Positions 28,001 to 41,600 of a stretch of DNA of 64,000 bases are shown in pieces; position 1 is the stretch's first letter, and each line of letters starts with the position of its first letter. Under the pieces are notes generated by a model. That model was not told the DNA's origin, ran no database searches, and was given only the letters and a program-made list of their open reading frames with translations. The translations under genes were made by a program, and so were the position numbers. Source of the stretch: Antedon mediterranea (lineage: Eukaryota; Animalia; Echinodermata); assembly GCF_964355755.1 (NCBI RefSeq), contig NC_092670.1:15486795-15550794 (forward strand), written 5' to 3'.

Positions 28001-29598
28001 TTTAGTCTGGAACCTGTCTACTTGGTGTGGTACCTAAAAATATATACAAATCAAAAACTATTTGTTTTTATCTTCCAGCCTGATAGAGTAATTCCATTAA
28101 ACTTTCCTGTTTTCCATTATAATGGCCTTATACGATCATGTCCTGATTCTAAGGTAAGAATCTGTTCAGGCTAACTCTATGTTTTGTACTGTATACAACT
28201 CACAAAAACAAAATACAAAAACATAAAAATACATTCATACATAAACATAATAAATACAACAACATATAAATACTGTACCTATAAGGCTATATACATAATA
28301 AATACAACAACATATAAATACTGTACCTATATACATAATAAATACAAAAACATATAAATACATTCATACATAAACATAATAAATACAACAACATATAAAT
28401 ACTGTACCTATATACATAATAAATACAAAAACATATAAATACTGTACCTATATACATAATAAATACAAAAACATATAAATACATTCATACATAAACATAA
28501 TAAATACAACAACATATAAATACTGTACCTATATACATAATAAATACAAAGACATATAAATACTGTACCTATATACATAATAAATACAAAAACATATAAA
28601 TACTGTACCTATATACATAATAAATACAACAACATATAAATACTGTACCTATATACATAATAAATACAAAGACATATAAATACATTCATACATAAACATA
28701 ATAAATACAACAACATATAAATACTGTACCTATATACATAATAAATACAAAAACATATAAATACTGTACCTATATACATAATAAATACAACAACATATAA
28801 ATACTGTACCTATATACATAATAAATACAACAACATATAAATACTGTACCTATATACATAATAAATACAAAAACATATAAATACTGTACCTATATACATA
28901 ATAAATACAAAGACATATAAATACATTCATACATAAACATAATAAATACAACAACATATAAATACTGTACCTATATACATAATAAATACAAAGACATATA
29001 AATACTGTACCTATATACATAATAAATACAACAACATATAAATACTGTACCTATATACATAATAAATACAAAGACATATAAATACTGTACCTATATACAT
29101 AATAAATACAAAGACATATAAATACTGTACCTATATACATAATAAATACAAAGACATATAAATACTGTACCTATATACATAATAAATACAAAGACATATA
29201 AATACTGTACCTATATACATAATAAATACAAAAACATATAAATACTGTACCTATATACATAATAAATACATATAAATAAATGCATTCATAATAAATACAA
29301 AGACATATAAATACATATATATATACCATATAATGTATACAAAAACACCTAACTATATAAATAGCACCCCACCTACAAACCCAGCAAACCAGACACCTAT
29401 CTACTGTCAACATTCCAAATCTTATTCTCTCTGAATATTTGTAATTAGGTGAAATATATAGAAGGTGTAGCAGAAGTGCCTGATCCTCAAGATATACAAG
29501 GCCTTACTGATGCATCACCAGTAGAATCTTGTCTGAGAACCAAATGGCCTACGTTTATGGTCAACTGGGAAAATAACTATCAGCCTTCAGTTAACTGA
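22042..29598 (+). CDS. MINDY3: MINDY3/FAM188A K48 deubiquitinase with EF-hand insert, 10 coding exons, 434 aa
   Basis: Exons 22042-22159, 23412-23546, 23910-24081, 24681-24795, 25292-25445, 25790-25941, 26469-26614, 27284-27371, 28079-28153, 29449-29598; 1305 nt in frame. FKRWCQGFVFS, LQHEGGPCAVLAPLQA (catalytic Cys), YGHGSQSLVNLMLTG, PIWVLGSETHLTVFF (catalytic His), FHYNGL, CLRTKWP..PSVN. Confidence 0.96.
22718..22917. mobile_element. Tc1/mariner (pogo/Tigger-like) MITE
   Basis: TA|CAGTCAACTCTTTCAATACCGGACAC ... GTGTCCGGTATTGGGAGACTTGACTG|TA. Confidence 0.85.
24958..25112. mobile_element. Small inverted-repeat element; related ends at ~26652 and ~47600
   Basis: GCAGTTATTGCAGTAACTATATTT versus AAATATAGTTACTGCAGTAACTGC; motif CTACTGCAGTTACTGCAGTAAC recurs elsewhere in the window. 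Confidence 0.6.
27396..27775. mobile_element. MITE with ~65-bp imperfect TIRs in MINDY3 intron 8
   Basis: TATTATATAACACCTAAATAAATTCCTGTCATTTGA...GGGTCACATG versus CATGTGACCC...TCAAATGACAGGAATTTATTTAGGTGTTATATAATA. Confidence 0.8.
28205..29310. repeat. ~39-bp AT-rich minisatellite in MINDY3 intron 9
   Basis: Units AATACTGTACCTATATACATAATAAATACAAAVACATATA with interspersed AATACATTCATACATAAACAT variants. Confidence 0.95.
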
Positions 29599-32500
29599 AC
29601 ACGTGTGTACCCCAGCTGGATGATTGTAAGCAAAAACAAGTGTGGCTTCTTGGAGGTGTATTCAGGAGGTATGGTGAAAAAAGGGTGTATATTGGGTAAG
29701 GGAGGGGGAATATGGGAGGAAGAATGGGTATATGTGAGGGAGGTGTATATGGGGTATAGATGGGGGTGAGGGAGGGTGTAAATGGGAGTCGGGGAGGGTG
29801 TATATGGGGGTTGGGGAAGATGTATATGGGGGTCATGGATGGTATACATACGAGGTGAAGGAAGGTATATTAGAGAAAGACTATGTCACTAGTCATGTGG
29901 TGGATTATTTGAAAATAAGCTTTGAATATCCACCACTCTCCTTTATCTCATTATTCTCTAAAATCTTCACCATACCTTCTGACGGATTCAATCGTGTAAA
30001 TGTATATATAAAGAATTGTCTAAAGATTTCATAGCAATGCACATCAATATTAACTATTTAAATTGTATTTATGCCATTTCAAGTGTTTGTTGCACCAAAT
30101 ACACCCAAACTAAACATGTCCTGTTTATTTGTCATCACATTACATGCCACTCAAATGTATCGTCGTGACCAGTCAACCACATTCTGTTTTATATCCTGTA
30201 ATGAGAGCAGATTCTCCACTCAAACAAGTTAACTGTACTTTACTGCAAAAACACCACTTCCCTGGAAATTGAAACCACAACATACTAGTTAATACATTAG
30301 TAATTTAATAATCTAAGTACAAACCGCATTATTACTGCCTGGTAATTTTATTCATTTGTTTTTATAAAAGCTTGCATACAAAACCATATTATGTGGTCAC
30401 GATGTCATATTACATAATCTGAGTGCACTTATTACTTATTATTATGACCAATGTGTGTATAGGTAACACAACTTAATGTCCTTGGTTAACTGGCAACCCC
30501 CAAATTTGGACTCAATTTTATGTAGAATTATCGATGTGGATGGACTTATTTCACATCAAAATTTCCGTCATTTACAAATACAGTAGTAAAATACACATTG
30601 AAAATTGTGTTTTACAGATGCAAATACTGTACATATGCCAAAAAAAACTGCTAGAAATGCAATTTATCTCTACCAAAAAATAATCTTGATCATAAAAAAT
30701 ATTTAAATGCACATTAAGCTAGTATTCTGTCTGCGCACAATTTTAAATCAACTTCAACAATTAATGTTTTATTTTTCGGTCGGGTCATACATTATTTTGT
30801 AAGATTCACTGCGGTTCCTAACACTTTTGGAATGGTGTATTTGTGTGTAGCATTGTGTTTTTGCTTGAGTAGTACACTTATTTAATAATAATAATTTAAT
30901 TCAAGAGTGTCACTAGTTTGTGAATTTACACTAAATTAATATCTGGACTTATTGTTTGTGAGTTTCAGTCATAATATAAAACCAGTCGCTTATTTGATAA
31001 CATACTACAGTAAGATTGTATTTAGTAAATTCATTTTTGTAACATATATAATGTAAAATATTATATTATAGAATATTGGATGATGTAGCTAATTCCCACT
31101 TTGACGCAATGCAACGTAGGTGAATTGACCAATCACACGATTACAGTTTGGATGATCCAAACTACTTCTGATTCGCTTTGCGTTGCGTACCAGTGGGAAA
31201 CAATCTTGGAACAAAAACATGGATTGTTTTAACTTTGATGTTCCAACGAATTCAAATAGAATTTGTGTTAGCACTTCAGTGATATTGTTTGAGTGTTCAG
31301 CATGTAATACAGTATTTACAGAATTCCCTTTTTTAGAATAATATTTAAATTTCCTGTGTTCAAATTTCAGGACATTTTTGTACTTTATAGGTAAAATAAT
31401 AAATAAAACCGCAGGTTTTATAGTGAAATTGAAAGATTTTCCAAAGGACGATGTAAAGGATTAAAGTACAAGGAAACTCAGTTTTAATTTCATATTTTAA
31501 ATGTAAACAAAGGTGGTGTATTCTGTAAATTAATATTAATACTAAAATAGTGCAAAAAATAATGTGTGTCATCCATTCCATCATGGACCTTTCCATATAA
31601 AGTGATTGTATTGGAGAATTTGAGAATAAAATAATGTGTATGTTTAATATTTAATAATACATACACCAAGCACATGGAATCTAATTCGTGCATAGCTTAC
31701 CTGGATAAACCAACTATTACATGTGCTCTTCTGAGGGAGAGCTATGATACAAAACAGTTTCGTTATCATCCCTATGCAATAATGGATTCATTTCCTAAAC
31801 ACGGTGGTACGTTAAGTGTGGTCACATGATGGTGTGGTTGGTAGATTAGTCCACTATAACAGAGGGGTGTTAAAGGAACTTTGTAACTTGTTAAATCATA
31901 GCTCTCACTCTGCAGAGCACAGGCTATTGTTGGTTTGACCAGCTAAGCAGCACACATAGCCTACAAACAGTTGGTTTGTGTTATGCCATCGTGGTACTGA
32001 TGGCAGTCAACATCTAATTGTATAATTTCTTTTTACCTTTTTATTTTAAAACCATAACAAACAAGAAAACAATAATAATAATACTGTTACTGTTGTTAAT
32101 ATTCAATTAAAACAGAAAACAACAAAAGGACGGGAATTCTAAAATTTCTGACAAATTTAAAAGTCCCTATCGATACAACGTTTCTTATTATAACGGCATT
32201 AATTTTATTGCTTGAAAAAAAAAATATAAGTACGGTACTTTATTAATAGTACCAACTGATTAGTATACCGTTTGTTTTGTATATAGTGTAGCCACGAATA
32301 TACTAGTATCAACAATGGACCTTTATAGATCTATGGAATTATTAGCAATGGACCTTATAATATGTCTGGTGTTAATGGCAAGATACTACAGCACTATTAC
32401 ATTAAAAGTGTGATGTGCCCGAATATGGTAATGATACGCTTAAATATGGTAGTGATATGACATCATCATCTCCATATGTCCACATCATCATCTCCATATG

Positions 32501-33391
32501 TCCACATCACATTTGTTGTCACATAAAGTTTGATAGTGTAGACAGAGCTTAATAATATTGCATTGTGCTTTTGATATATGTTTAAAGCTTAACATTTAAG
32601 ACTTGTTTAATTATTTTGCATTATTTTTTCACCAGAACAACTGGTTCAAGTTAAAAAAATAATAAATTTTAAATTGAATTTAGGACTGTGAAACTACTGA
32701 ATCATGTAAGGTTATGCTGTATGTACTGTATATTAATAAACAGTGTAAAGCTCTGTTTAGACTATCAATCTTTATGTTCCAAAAATGTGTTTGACACGAT
32801 GACGTCATATCACTACCATATTTGAGCACATCACATTTTTTGTCACATAAAGTTTGATAGTGTAGATAGAGCTTAAGGCGGCATTGTGATGGTTTGTAAG
32901 GTAATTTGTATATTGCCGACTTGAGATAGCGTGTGTGATTATTATTTGAATAACTGTGAATTTGTACATAAAGCCAAGGAAGGAGGGTATATTAAAATAC
33001 CTCCATTATTGAGGCAGGTGCTATGTTTACTTTACTCGTATTGTTGTTGAAAATGTTTTTAGTTGAGTTTGTTTAGTTGATTACATTGTAAAGCACCTTG
33101 TTATAGATACCAATTGAAGCTTGTTTCCCCCACTATAGGACGCAACGCACCGACGTAAGCATAATGACCAATGAAAAGTGACAGTTCGAATAATCCATCG
33201 CTTGTGATTGGTCAAATGTGTTACCCTTACGTCCTTGCGTTGAATCAAGCTTAATTGTTAGTACATTTTATGACTCGCTCACTAGGTAATGTCTTGTGTT
33301 ATGATAGCAGGTAAATTACACGAATATGGGTAATATTGAAACCACAACCGCTTCATGAATGAAACGAATTTTGCGGGTTGTTCAAAAGTAA

Positions 33392-33570
33392 AGCTTGGTT
33401 CCCACTAGAACGTAACGCAAGGACGTAAACGCAACGCAAGCCTTTTAACCAATGACAAGGGAAGTTATATACAGTTAGCAATCACAAGCGAATAAGCCAT
33501 CGCTTGTGATTGGTCAATTCACTTGCGTTGCGTTACGTCCTTGTGTTGCGTCGCTAGTGGGAACCACGCT
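33392..33570. mobile_element. PIF/Harbinger-like MITE family B; decayed copies ~1710-1815, 31090-31200, 33118-33252, 40438-40575, 41890-42140, 60202-60360
   Basis: TAA|AGCTTGGTTCCCACTAG ... CTAGTGGGAACCACGCT|TAA; interior ACGCAACGCAAG, CAATCACAAGCGA and their complements. Confidence 0.85.
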
Positions 33571-35019
33571 TAATGTGTAATTTATGTCACCGTTACTTCA
33601 TAGAAACGAGACTATTGCGTCATTGTACTTTTTATTGTGACACAAACAATGATGTAAAGCTTAGTCTACAGTATCTGTTTGATCTATTTGATGTGCCCTA
33701 ATATGGTAGTGATATGACATCATCATGTCCATATATATATGGACACATCACATTTTTTGTCACATAAACTTTGATAGTGTAGAGTGAGCTTAAGGATGCG
33801 CAACGCGCGCACAACGTCACATAAGGGCAATTCAGACTTGATTAAATTGGCCGTACCGTTAGCGGTAGTTATTTTTCCACTCTCATATTAATAAGTTTAA
33901 TGTAATTGACACTGTACAATTTAGGTGATACCTTCTAAGTGGCTATATCTCTTTAAAATTAGTTTTTGAACATCTTGTGTATGCCTATAAAGAAGTAGAA
34001 TAAAGAATATGTATCTACCATTTCCTCAATAAAAGGTGTGTGCGACTATAAAATTGTAGTTTGTGTGTAAACAATTTGCTTGTTTATACTTTAATAATAC
34101 CACTTTATTTTTAACAAACATGTTTCCTTGAAAATGGTTTTTCAGGTAATTTTCAGTATTTAAACTATTTATAACTTCCGTTGACATTTACACGGTAGTT
34201 TCGGAATAAAGCTAGGTATTATGCCACTTTATAACACACCTGAGTAGACTCTTGTCATTTGGTTGGAAAAGTGTGGGTCATCTGATAATCAACACGTAAT
34301 ACTCCATTGAACTCTTACGTCATCGAGAGTGCAATTTTGGTAAATGCGGTTCATTCTTGACGTGCAACATGAGACTAGGCTGTTGACTGATCGCGTAGTC
34401 AAATCAACCTATAGTTATAGTGGCCGTCTATAATTGTTCTAGGCTCTGCGTCTAAAGTGGGATTTGAGTGATATTTAAAGGAAACATGGCAAGACCTACT
34501 ACTCTTTTGTCGGAAAATTAATTTTCAAACAGGACGCATTTGAGATATAAAGAATAACATTATAAGTATTAAAGGGTGATTTGTACGTTATAGTAAACGT
34601 TAATTCGATTCGTATTTCTAGTACTCTATGATATTTAAAATCTTAAAAATACTTAAGTCAGCCGGAAAACAATGAGATATGACCCTTGACGACGACCGAT
34701 ACAATTGTTATTGTTATCCTACCAAGAAAAAACACATTTGAAGTAGAGAATTTAAGAGCAGTTAAACGCATGTTTTGAGAAATTATTTTAAAGGAAATAA
34801 GCCTGATCATTCTCAGATTTCAATTTTCTGTACTGCTTTTTAACTGACTCCTGCTGTTGGGCTAAATCATACACCTTACGCAATTAGGCCTATTTGCTTT
34901 CGAATTAATAGCAGCGCACCTGACATTTTATATTTCGTTCATACATCGCACAATTAAAGTGGTAAACGTTAGTTTTTACAAGGAGTTTTATGTATAGCCG
35001 TTATTCCTAGTTTCCACGT

Positions 35020-35430
35020 CTAGTTTATGAACATCTATACATAAATTTACGTAAGGGCATCTAGACTAATTTATAACCATTGTAAACCTTGTAGTTTATA
35101 ACCTAACCGTTTAATTAGTTTATACGTTATGAATAGACTAGTTTATAACCGTTTAACCAAGTATAGTTTATACGTATATGTCTAGATTAGTTCATGCGTT
35201 ATATTATGCCTAGTCTAGTTTTTACCATGGGGAATAGATCCATGTTTAGGCCCTATACGTTACATACCTAGACTAGTTAATAAACGTCTAACCTATAGTC
35301 TAGTTTATACGTATATGCATAGACTAGTTTATAACCGTTTAACCTAGTCTAGTTTATACGTTACATGCCTAGAATAGCTTATAACCGTTTAACATAGTCT
35401 AGTTTATGTGTTATGCATAGATTAGTTTAT
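35020..35430. repeat. Degenerate tandem repeat
   Basis: Recurring AGACTAGTTTATAACCGTTTAACC and TAGTTTATACGTTAC units. Confidence 0.75.
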
Positions 35431-35639
35431 ATTTACCATAGCATTCAAGCGTTGCAACTAATATTTTAGATATAATAATAATTCAAGATACGTTTAATTG
35501 TCTGTTTTTATTTTTATTCTTGCCAGTACCAAAGGAATAAATAAATTGTACAATATTATACTGCTAAAATATTGAAACACCATTTTTAAATGTCTAAATT
35601 GTTATGAAACACAGTTTGTCATTGTGGAATATCAAATAT

Positions 35640-38600
35640 TTATGATTTACCGTCGTGAGTCTTCTTATTATATTTTCGAATATATTTTGTTTTTCTGAAA
35701 CTTTCTCCAGGTTTTTTCCTAATATTTGAGTAATTGTCTTCTGGCGAGAACATATACATATAGTCCTCCTGGTCTTTCACAGGCTGCACTGTTAAAGTGT
35801 TCTCTAATGATGACTGACTCGAAAAAGGACGATCATAGTGGTTGTTTTTAACAAAATGACCGCCGTCCATACTCATATATAAGTCCTGTTGTGTTGTAAC
35901 TGGCAACGTTTTCATAGATCGAGTAGTAGTAATGTTATTATTTCCTCGCGATTGCCCGAGAAATTCAGCGTTATCGAGCGCAGACATACTGTAGTGTCTC
36001 GACTGTCGATACGTACTCCTGTTACCGTCGTCCGTGTTGTCGTCAAATGAATGGAATGAGCATATAGATGGACGGCTGACGTATATATCGGGTATGGCGT
36101 ACGTATCAGACATGCGTAATTCCGCGTAGTCGTTGCTTGAGAGTGTATTTCTCACTATACTCGGGTATTTTACATCTGCAGGCTGTGCGTTTACCGTAAT
36201 TGTGTGAGTTGGTGTGATCGTTTCGTGATTTACCGGTGCCCTTCGAGTTCGTCTGACGACGCCGTCTGAAATAAATAGAAACCCGCATAAAGTATTACGT
36301 AGTAAGCATAACATAATTATGACTACAGAATAGAAGATTCTGTTCTACACTACGACAGCTATGAATATTTAAGCGCGTTCCTCACAAACTATAGTTGTGA
36401 TAGGTTCAACAACAACGCCAATGGCATCTTATTTATTACCAGGGTGTTGGCTTTTATTTAAATTTTTCAAGTACACAAATTCATAATATTCTGTCATGGA
36501 TTACGTGATAATACAGATAATACCTGTCTGTTACGAGATTATTTAGAAGCCGGGGTCAAGTACTTGTAAGTACGAGTAGGCGGCTAAGGAAGAATAGACG
36601 TACGCATACGGAGGAATAGGAAAAGAAACTGTAACCACTGAACAGGATTTATACAATACAACTAGACTTTACTAGATTACTATGATATAAAATATAACAA
36701 ATAAAAATAATGTATAAAGTTTTTAATAATAAGTCTCAGACCTGAGACTGAATGATAGACAAACACCTCAAACGAGAGTCAGACTAGCTGATGGAGACTG
36801 CATGATAGCCTAACACCCTAAAAGACTCGGACCTCTTATGAAAATGAAAGAAAAGTCACCAAGAATCGAGGCCTACATTCTATTGAAAGAGCCGAATGAA
36901 AGCAATTGTGTTTATTGTCTAGAGTTATAATACAGTAAAACCATGAAGCCCAACCACAAATCCCATATCCCAATAGTGGTTTTACATTGGAGGAAATCCG
37001 TGTCGTCATGCTTCACTAATACATGAATAATTCATCATTGTGTGAATATGATTATGAAATAATGTTTAAAAAAAAGCTGAGATCTGTGTCAAGGACAATT
37101 TATGTCAATGCGTCTTTAAAAAGGCGTGGTACGATTCCTGTAATTACATTAATAATATTGTATTATACTAACCGTAGTTGTTTAATATGTCTCTGTACTT
37201 TGTCAATATCCTGAGGAAAAATAAAATATTGTATTTTTAAAAAAACTTTAAGAGCTCTGTAAAATCATTATGGCGCCAATTACCTAAAATAGGCCTATTA
37301 ATACGTTCTTACGTTTGATGTAAATAATGGGTGTTTTGGTTGAATATTTATTTTTAGAATTCATATACACCATAACCTCTTGTATAGGCCTACTTAATTG
37401 TAGCCTTTGTATAAAGTAAGGCCTACCCGATTCTCGGTGCTATCTCACAGGCCTACTACATATTATTTTCCCAGTATCATATGAATATTTGGTGATACAG
37501 CATATCACATGTGGTGCCATGTAAGGCCGGTTATGGTTAATAGGTTAGATACCGTACTAGAAGATACATGATTGTAGGCGTACGTGTGTTGTAATTGTAT
37601 GACCAAGTATTTCTATAATACTGGAGAAATGTAGAACCGAGAATCGAATGTACAATGTAGATCTATAGTTAACTAAGGCACGAATGGAAAATAAAAGGAA
37701 AAAAGACTGTTTACTTACTGGTTGTGATACTTTATAGACACGAGAAGCGCCAAAATAAACCCCAGTAAAAGAATTAACATAAACATATGATTTCTGTTCC
37801 CTAAATAGGAAAAAAATGGTTAAATGTTAACAAGTAAACCTAGCTACTCGAGGTAGTAATAGTAAATACAAACGCGATAATATCATTTACGTAAATCAAT
37901 ATTTCGTTTTTTTTATCCACTTTATTGTCGTCTTCATCATCGTGATCAGTTCGTCACCGTTATTATCATTAATCATGATTTCATAATTAATATGGTGCAT
38001 TGTAAATCATTATCTCCACCGACCACCATTAGCATCATTATTAACATATTTTATTAACCGGCGAGTATTAGAACCCGTCGGGACACCTCGATTTCATGGT
38101 CACCAAGCTTTTGAAGGAGCGAGAGTGGAGGAGGAGATATAGTTTTAACACATATCCATCCCATGGGATGGGGACACTTGTGAGTGTGTGTTAAATTGTT
38201 GATTCAACCAAGGCAATCTAACAACAAGATGTTGAGCTTCGTTAGATCAGTGGTTTTATGTGTGGCTGCGACACGATCAGTTCCACGCACCGTAAACAGA
38301 AACCGAGAAATAATGTACTGTAACCGCAAGTCGCAGCCAATCCTAAATCAAAGGACAAGTTCCTATCTTGGCAAGGCAACCTCAGCATCCTGTTTCTAGA
38401 TTGCCTTGATTCACCCCCTTAGTAGCCTAGACCACACTGCTTTCCCCATCACAAAACAATACCGAAATAATAATACAGTATTTCAACAATCTCTTCATTC
38501 TGGCAACAAAATGTATTTGATGATCACTGTTCTTTATGTTGTGCATACCGTAATATAATGTACCGGTATGGTAATACCACTGTAACTGCAGTAGGCCTAC

Positions 38601-41600
38601 AATAAGCTAAAATTTTTCAATTCTCAATTGCATGAGTTCAGTTGGCTTTAACATCTCATTATTATTTTTTTTTTTGTCTTTTGTGAGATTCACTCACTTT
38701 TATTTCATTCTTTACATTTGTTACAATAATCTATATCAATTTTGTTTCAGTATAAAACTATCTCTGCAGCTTAAAGTTTTTTTTGTTTTTCTTATTTTTA
38801 GTATTTTACATATATAAAAAGTTAAAGCATTTAAAAAATAGACAAAAGTTATATAAAAATATACATCACAATAGGTTCACAATTGCCATTACAACATCAC
38901 AAAATAAAATATCATTATTACTTATTAAATTAAATTATTCTTTTAAAACTTATGTATATACAGAAGTTTGTTTATAACATAGAATTGATGTTTGTCATTG
39001 TCTCTCCGTATCATTATTTGTGCACTTGTCATCATCATCATCATTATTATTTACCATCATCATACATCCTCACCACAACCCACATCATTAATCAATTAGG
39101 CCTACCTTTAACAACATCAACTGCAGCAGGAGCTTTCGACGTTTCTAAACACATTGATATATTGAATTGTAATCGTACTACTGCTTGCTTTCCATAAACG
39201 GTAAGTTTAATCTAAAAAGTAAAAGATAAAATTATTAATATTATTCAAATAGGCCTATATTATATGCGCATCAGTATGCTTTTTTCCGAGCTTCATTGGT
39301 TATTTGACAACCGGGCCCTTAATTTATGTGCGTGGTGGTGTTGAGGCCCGGCAGTCTATCCGTACTGTAACTCTACATTGGCATTAATTATCTTTATATT
39401 AATATTTTGGTATAATTTATAATAAAAGCGAAATATTTGGTAACATTTAATTGTCGTTCAAATAAATGAGATTAAAACTGCTCAAACGAGTTTTTTTTTG
39501 TTTATTATGTTTTTTTTTGTTTAAAAATTGAAATACACTTAGTGTATTTCAATTTTTTTATTCTTTTTCGGAGACACATATAACTCAAAAATGTGAACAA
39601 GCTTTTGTGACGTCACCAATAACGGGGTAATTTTCTTCTGAAACTCAATAGGCATGGTGACCGACTATACATTCCGCCAGACATTGGTACCGTATAGCCA
39701 TTGACATAAAGTTGGCACTGTGGATGAATGCTACTTTAGTAGGTCTACACATTTGAGGAGGATGGAGAGAGTGACTTAGGTCTACCACAGACATTGCAAT
39801 AATAAAGTATAGGCTAATCCATAATAAATAAAATCGGAACTTCGAATGTAGAAAGGCCCTGCTGAAGTTTCTTCAGCAAGTTCACTTGTTTGCACAACTC
39901 TCAACTATCTGACCTCGTTGTTATTCGGTGTTGTTTAGAAAGTAAGTATTTTTCGTGTTGTGTCTCTTTTATCGGTAGGTACAGGCCATAAAACATGAAT
40001 TATTCACTTGTCAATGATCTCATAATATTAGTCTGGGTTCCAGGCGGTGTTTTGTCTTAATATTAGTAAAAAGATAAATATTTTGGCACATATGGCGTTT
40101 CATACGTATACTACTTGATTTTATTTTCAGACAAAAATCGAAATAAAAACAAAAAAATAAAAAAACAGACAATGAATACAGACTTGGGGCAAGGACTATC
40201 GTAAGAACTCACCAATGTTCCGTTGTGTACCTTCACGGTGCCGTCATTAAAAGTGAAGTCATGATCTTCTTTCAGAGTGTATGAATTAGTTTCGTATAAA
40301 TCTATTTGTTCTCCGTCTGAAATCAGTTCAATCTACATAAATTAAGTAAAATACATTATATTATATACATTTATTAATTCCATTAAAGCATTACTATTAT
40401 TAAAACTGACCAGAGGAAAGAATATCATGACAGTTTAAAGCTTGGTTCCCACTAGCACGCAACACAAGAACGTATGTTCAACACATGCGAGTTGTCCAAT
40501 CACAACGCGATGGATCATCAAACTGTCGCTTGCCATTGGTCATCTCGCTTGCGTTGCGTCTATGTTCTTACGTTACACCATACATCACGACCCCTGTAAC
40601 TAAAGTTTCAATGCAGATTGTTTTACCACCAATTATAGGCATAGGCCTACATTAGGACCTACTATTTTTACTCGGGGTACCCGAGTCTAGTACTTACTCA
40701 TTTTCTCTTTCTCTTCCTCCATCTGGACACTATTGAGTAAAAAGTGCGATTTTTAAAGTACTACTCCTCCCTTATTCGTTATAGTATTGAGCTGGGATTT
40801 GGCATGAACATACTACAGGGACATGTCCTCAAAGCTATAGAGCCGGATTTTTAATTTGTTGTTAATTAATTTGTTTAATTAAGAAGCCACAATGTGTGAC
40901 ACACACCACAGCGTTATGTAGTTATATGGTTATATGCGGATTCTTGGCGTAGTGGTTATCACGTTTGCTTAACACGCAGAAGGTACCTGGTTCAAGCCCG
41001 GACGAAACCTTTTTTTTTTAATTTATGGTGAAAAGTACTGTATACGCAATATGATAATTATACAGAGTATATCTTATTTTTATTATTTTTTAAAATACTT
41101 ATTTTGTGTAATCGGTAATTATCACTTGTACACATGTTTATTTTGCTTTGTGCTTATTACCATTTATTTGTAATTTAAATGGATTAAAAAACTTTCTGTA
41201 ACCCACATTTTTAATGTAAGAGGTTTCGTAGTGTAGTGGTTGTCAAGTCTGCTTAACACGCAGAAGGTCCCGGTTCGAGCCCTGGCGAAACCTATTTTCT
41301 TTACTTTCTAACTGTATACGTCTGTATACAGCTTCTTTCGCTGTACCCCGAGTATTGCACATTCGTGCTTGTTTATGTAATCTAGGAATGCCTTGGCCTA
41401 AATGAGGCTCAAATAAACACATAAACTACATTATTTTTGTGTAGCCACAAGAAATAATGTGGTTTGATTACATTTTCTCAGATCATAATCTGAGTAAAAC
41501 ATCTGGAGCAGTCTCTTGTTGACCATCTAACTTTTAACATTATATGTTAAAAGGAGAATATGGAAAATTAGTGTCTATAGACACTCAATGATGACAATAT

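Larger units (their letters stand above)
40665..41374 (+). mobile_element. Non-autonomous Helentron/HINE-like element containing two tRNA-Val copies
   Basis: 5' subTIR TACTCGGGGTAC with hairpin ACTCGGG-GTA-CCCGAGT; 3' subTIR GTACCCCGAGTA (41343), hairpin GCAC-ATTC-GTGC, then TTGTTT; T-rich flanks, no TSD seen. Confidence 0.7.

Noticed and set aside
29599-29770. Open frame continuing after the MINDY3 TGA
   Set aside because: The stop matches the recalled family C-terminus; the extension is G-rich low complexity with no recognisable signal, unlike the SDF2 case.
39523-39557. Palindrome AAAAATTGAAATACACT-T-AGTGTATTTCAATTTTT resembling an intrinsic terminator
   Set aside because: Eukaryotic intron; probably the centre of a decayed inverted-repeat element.
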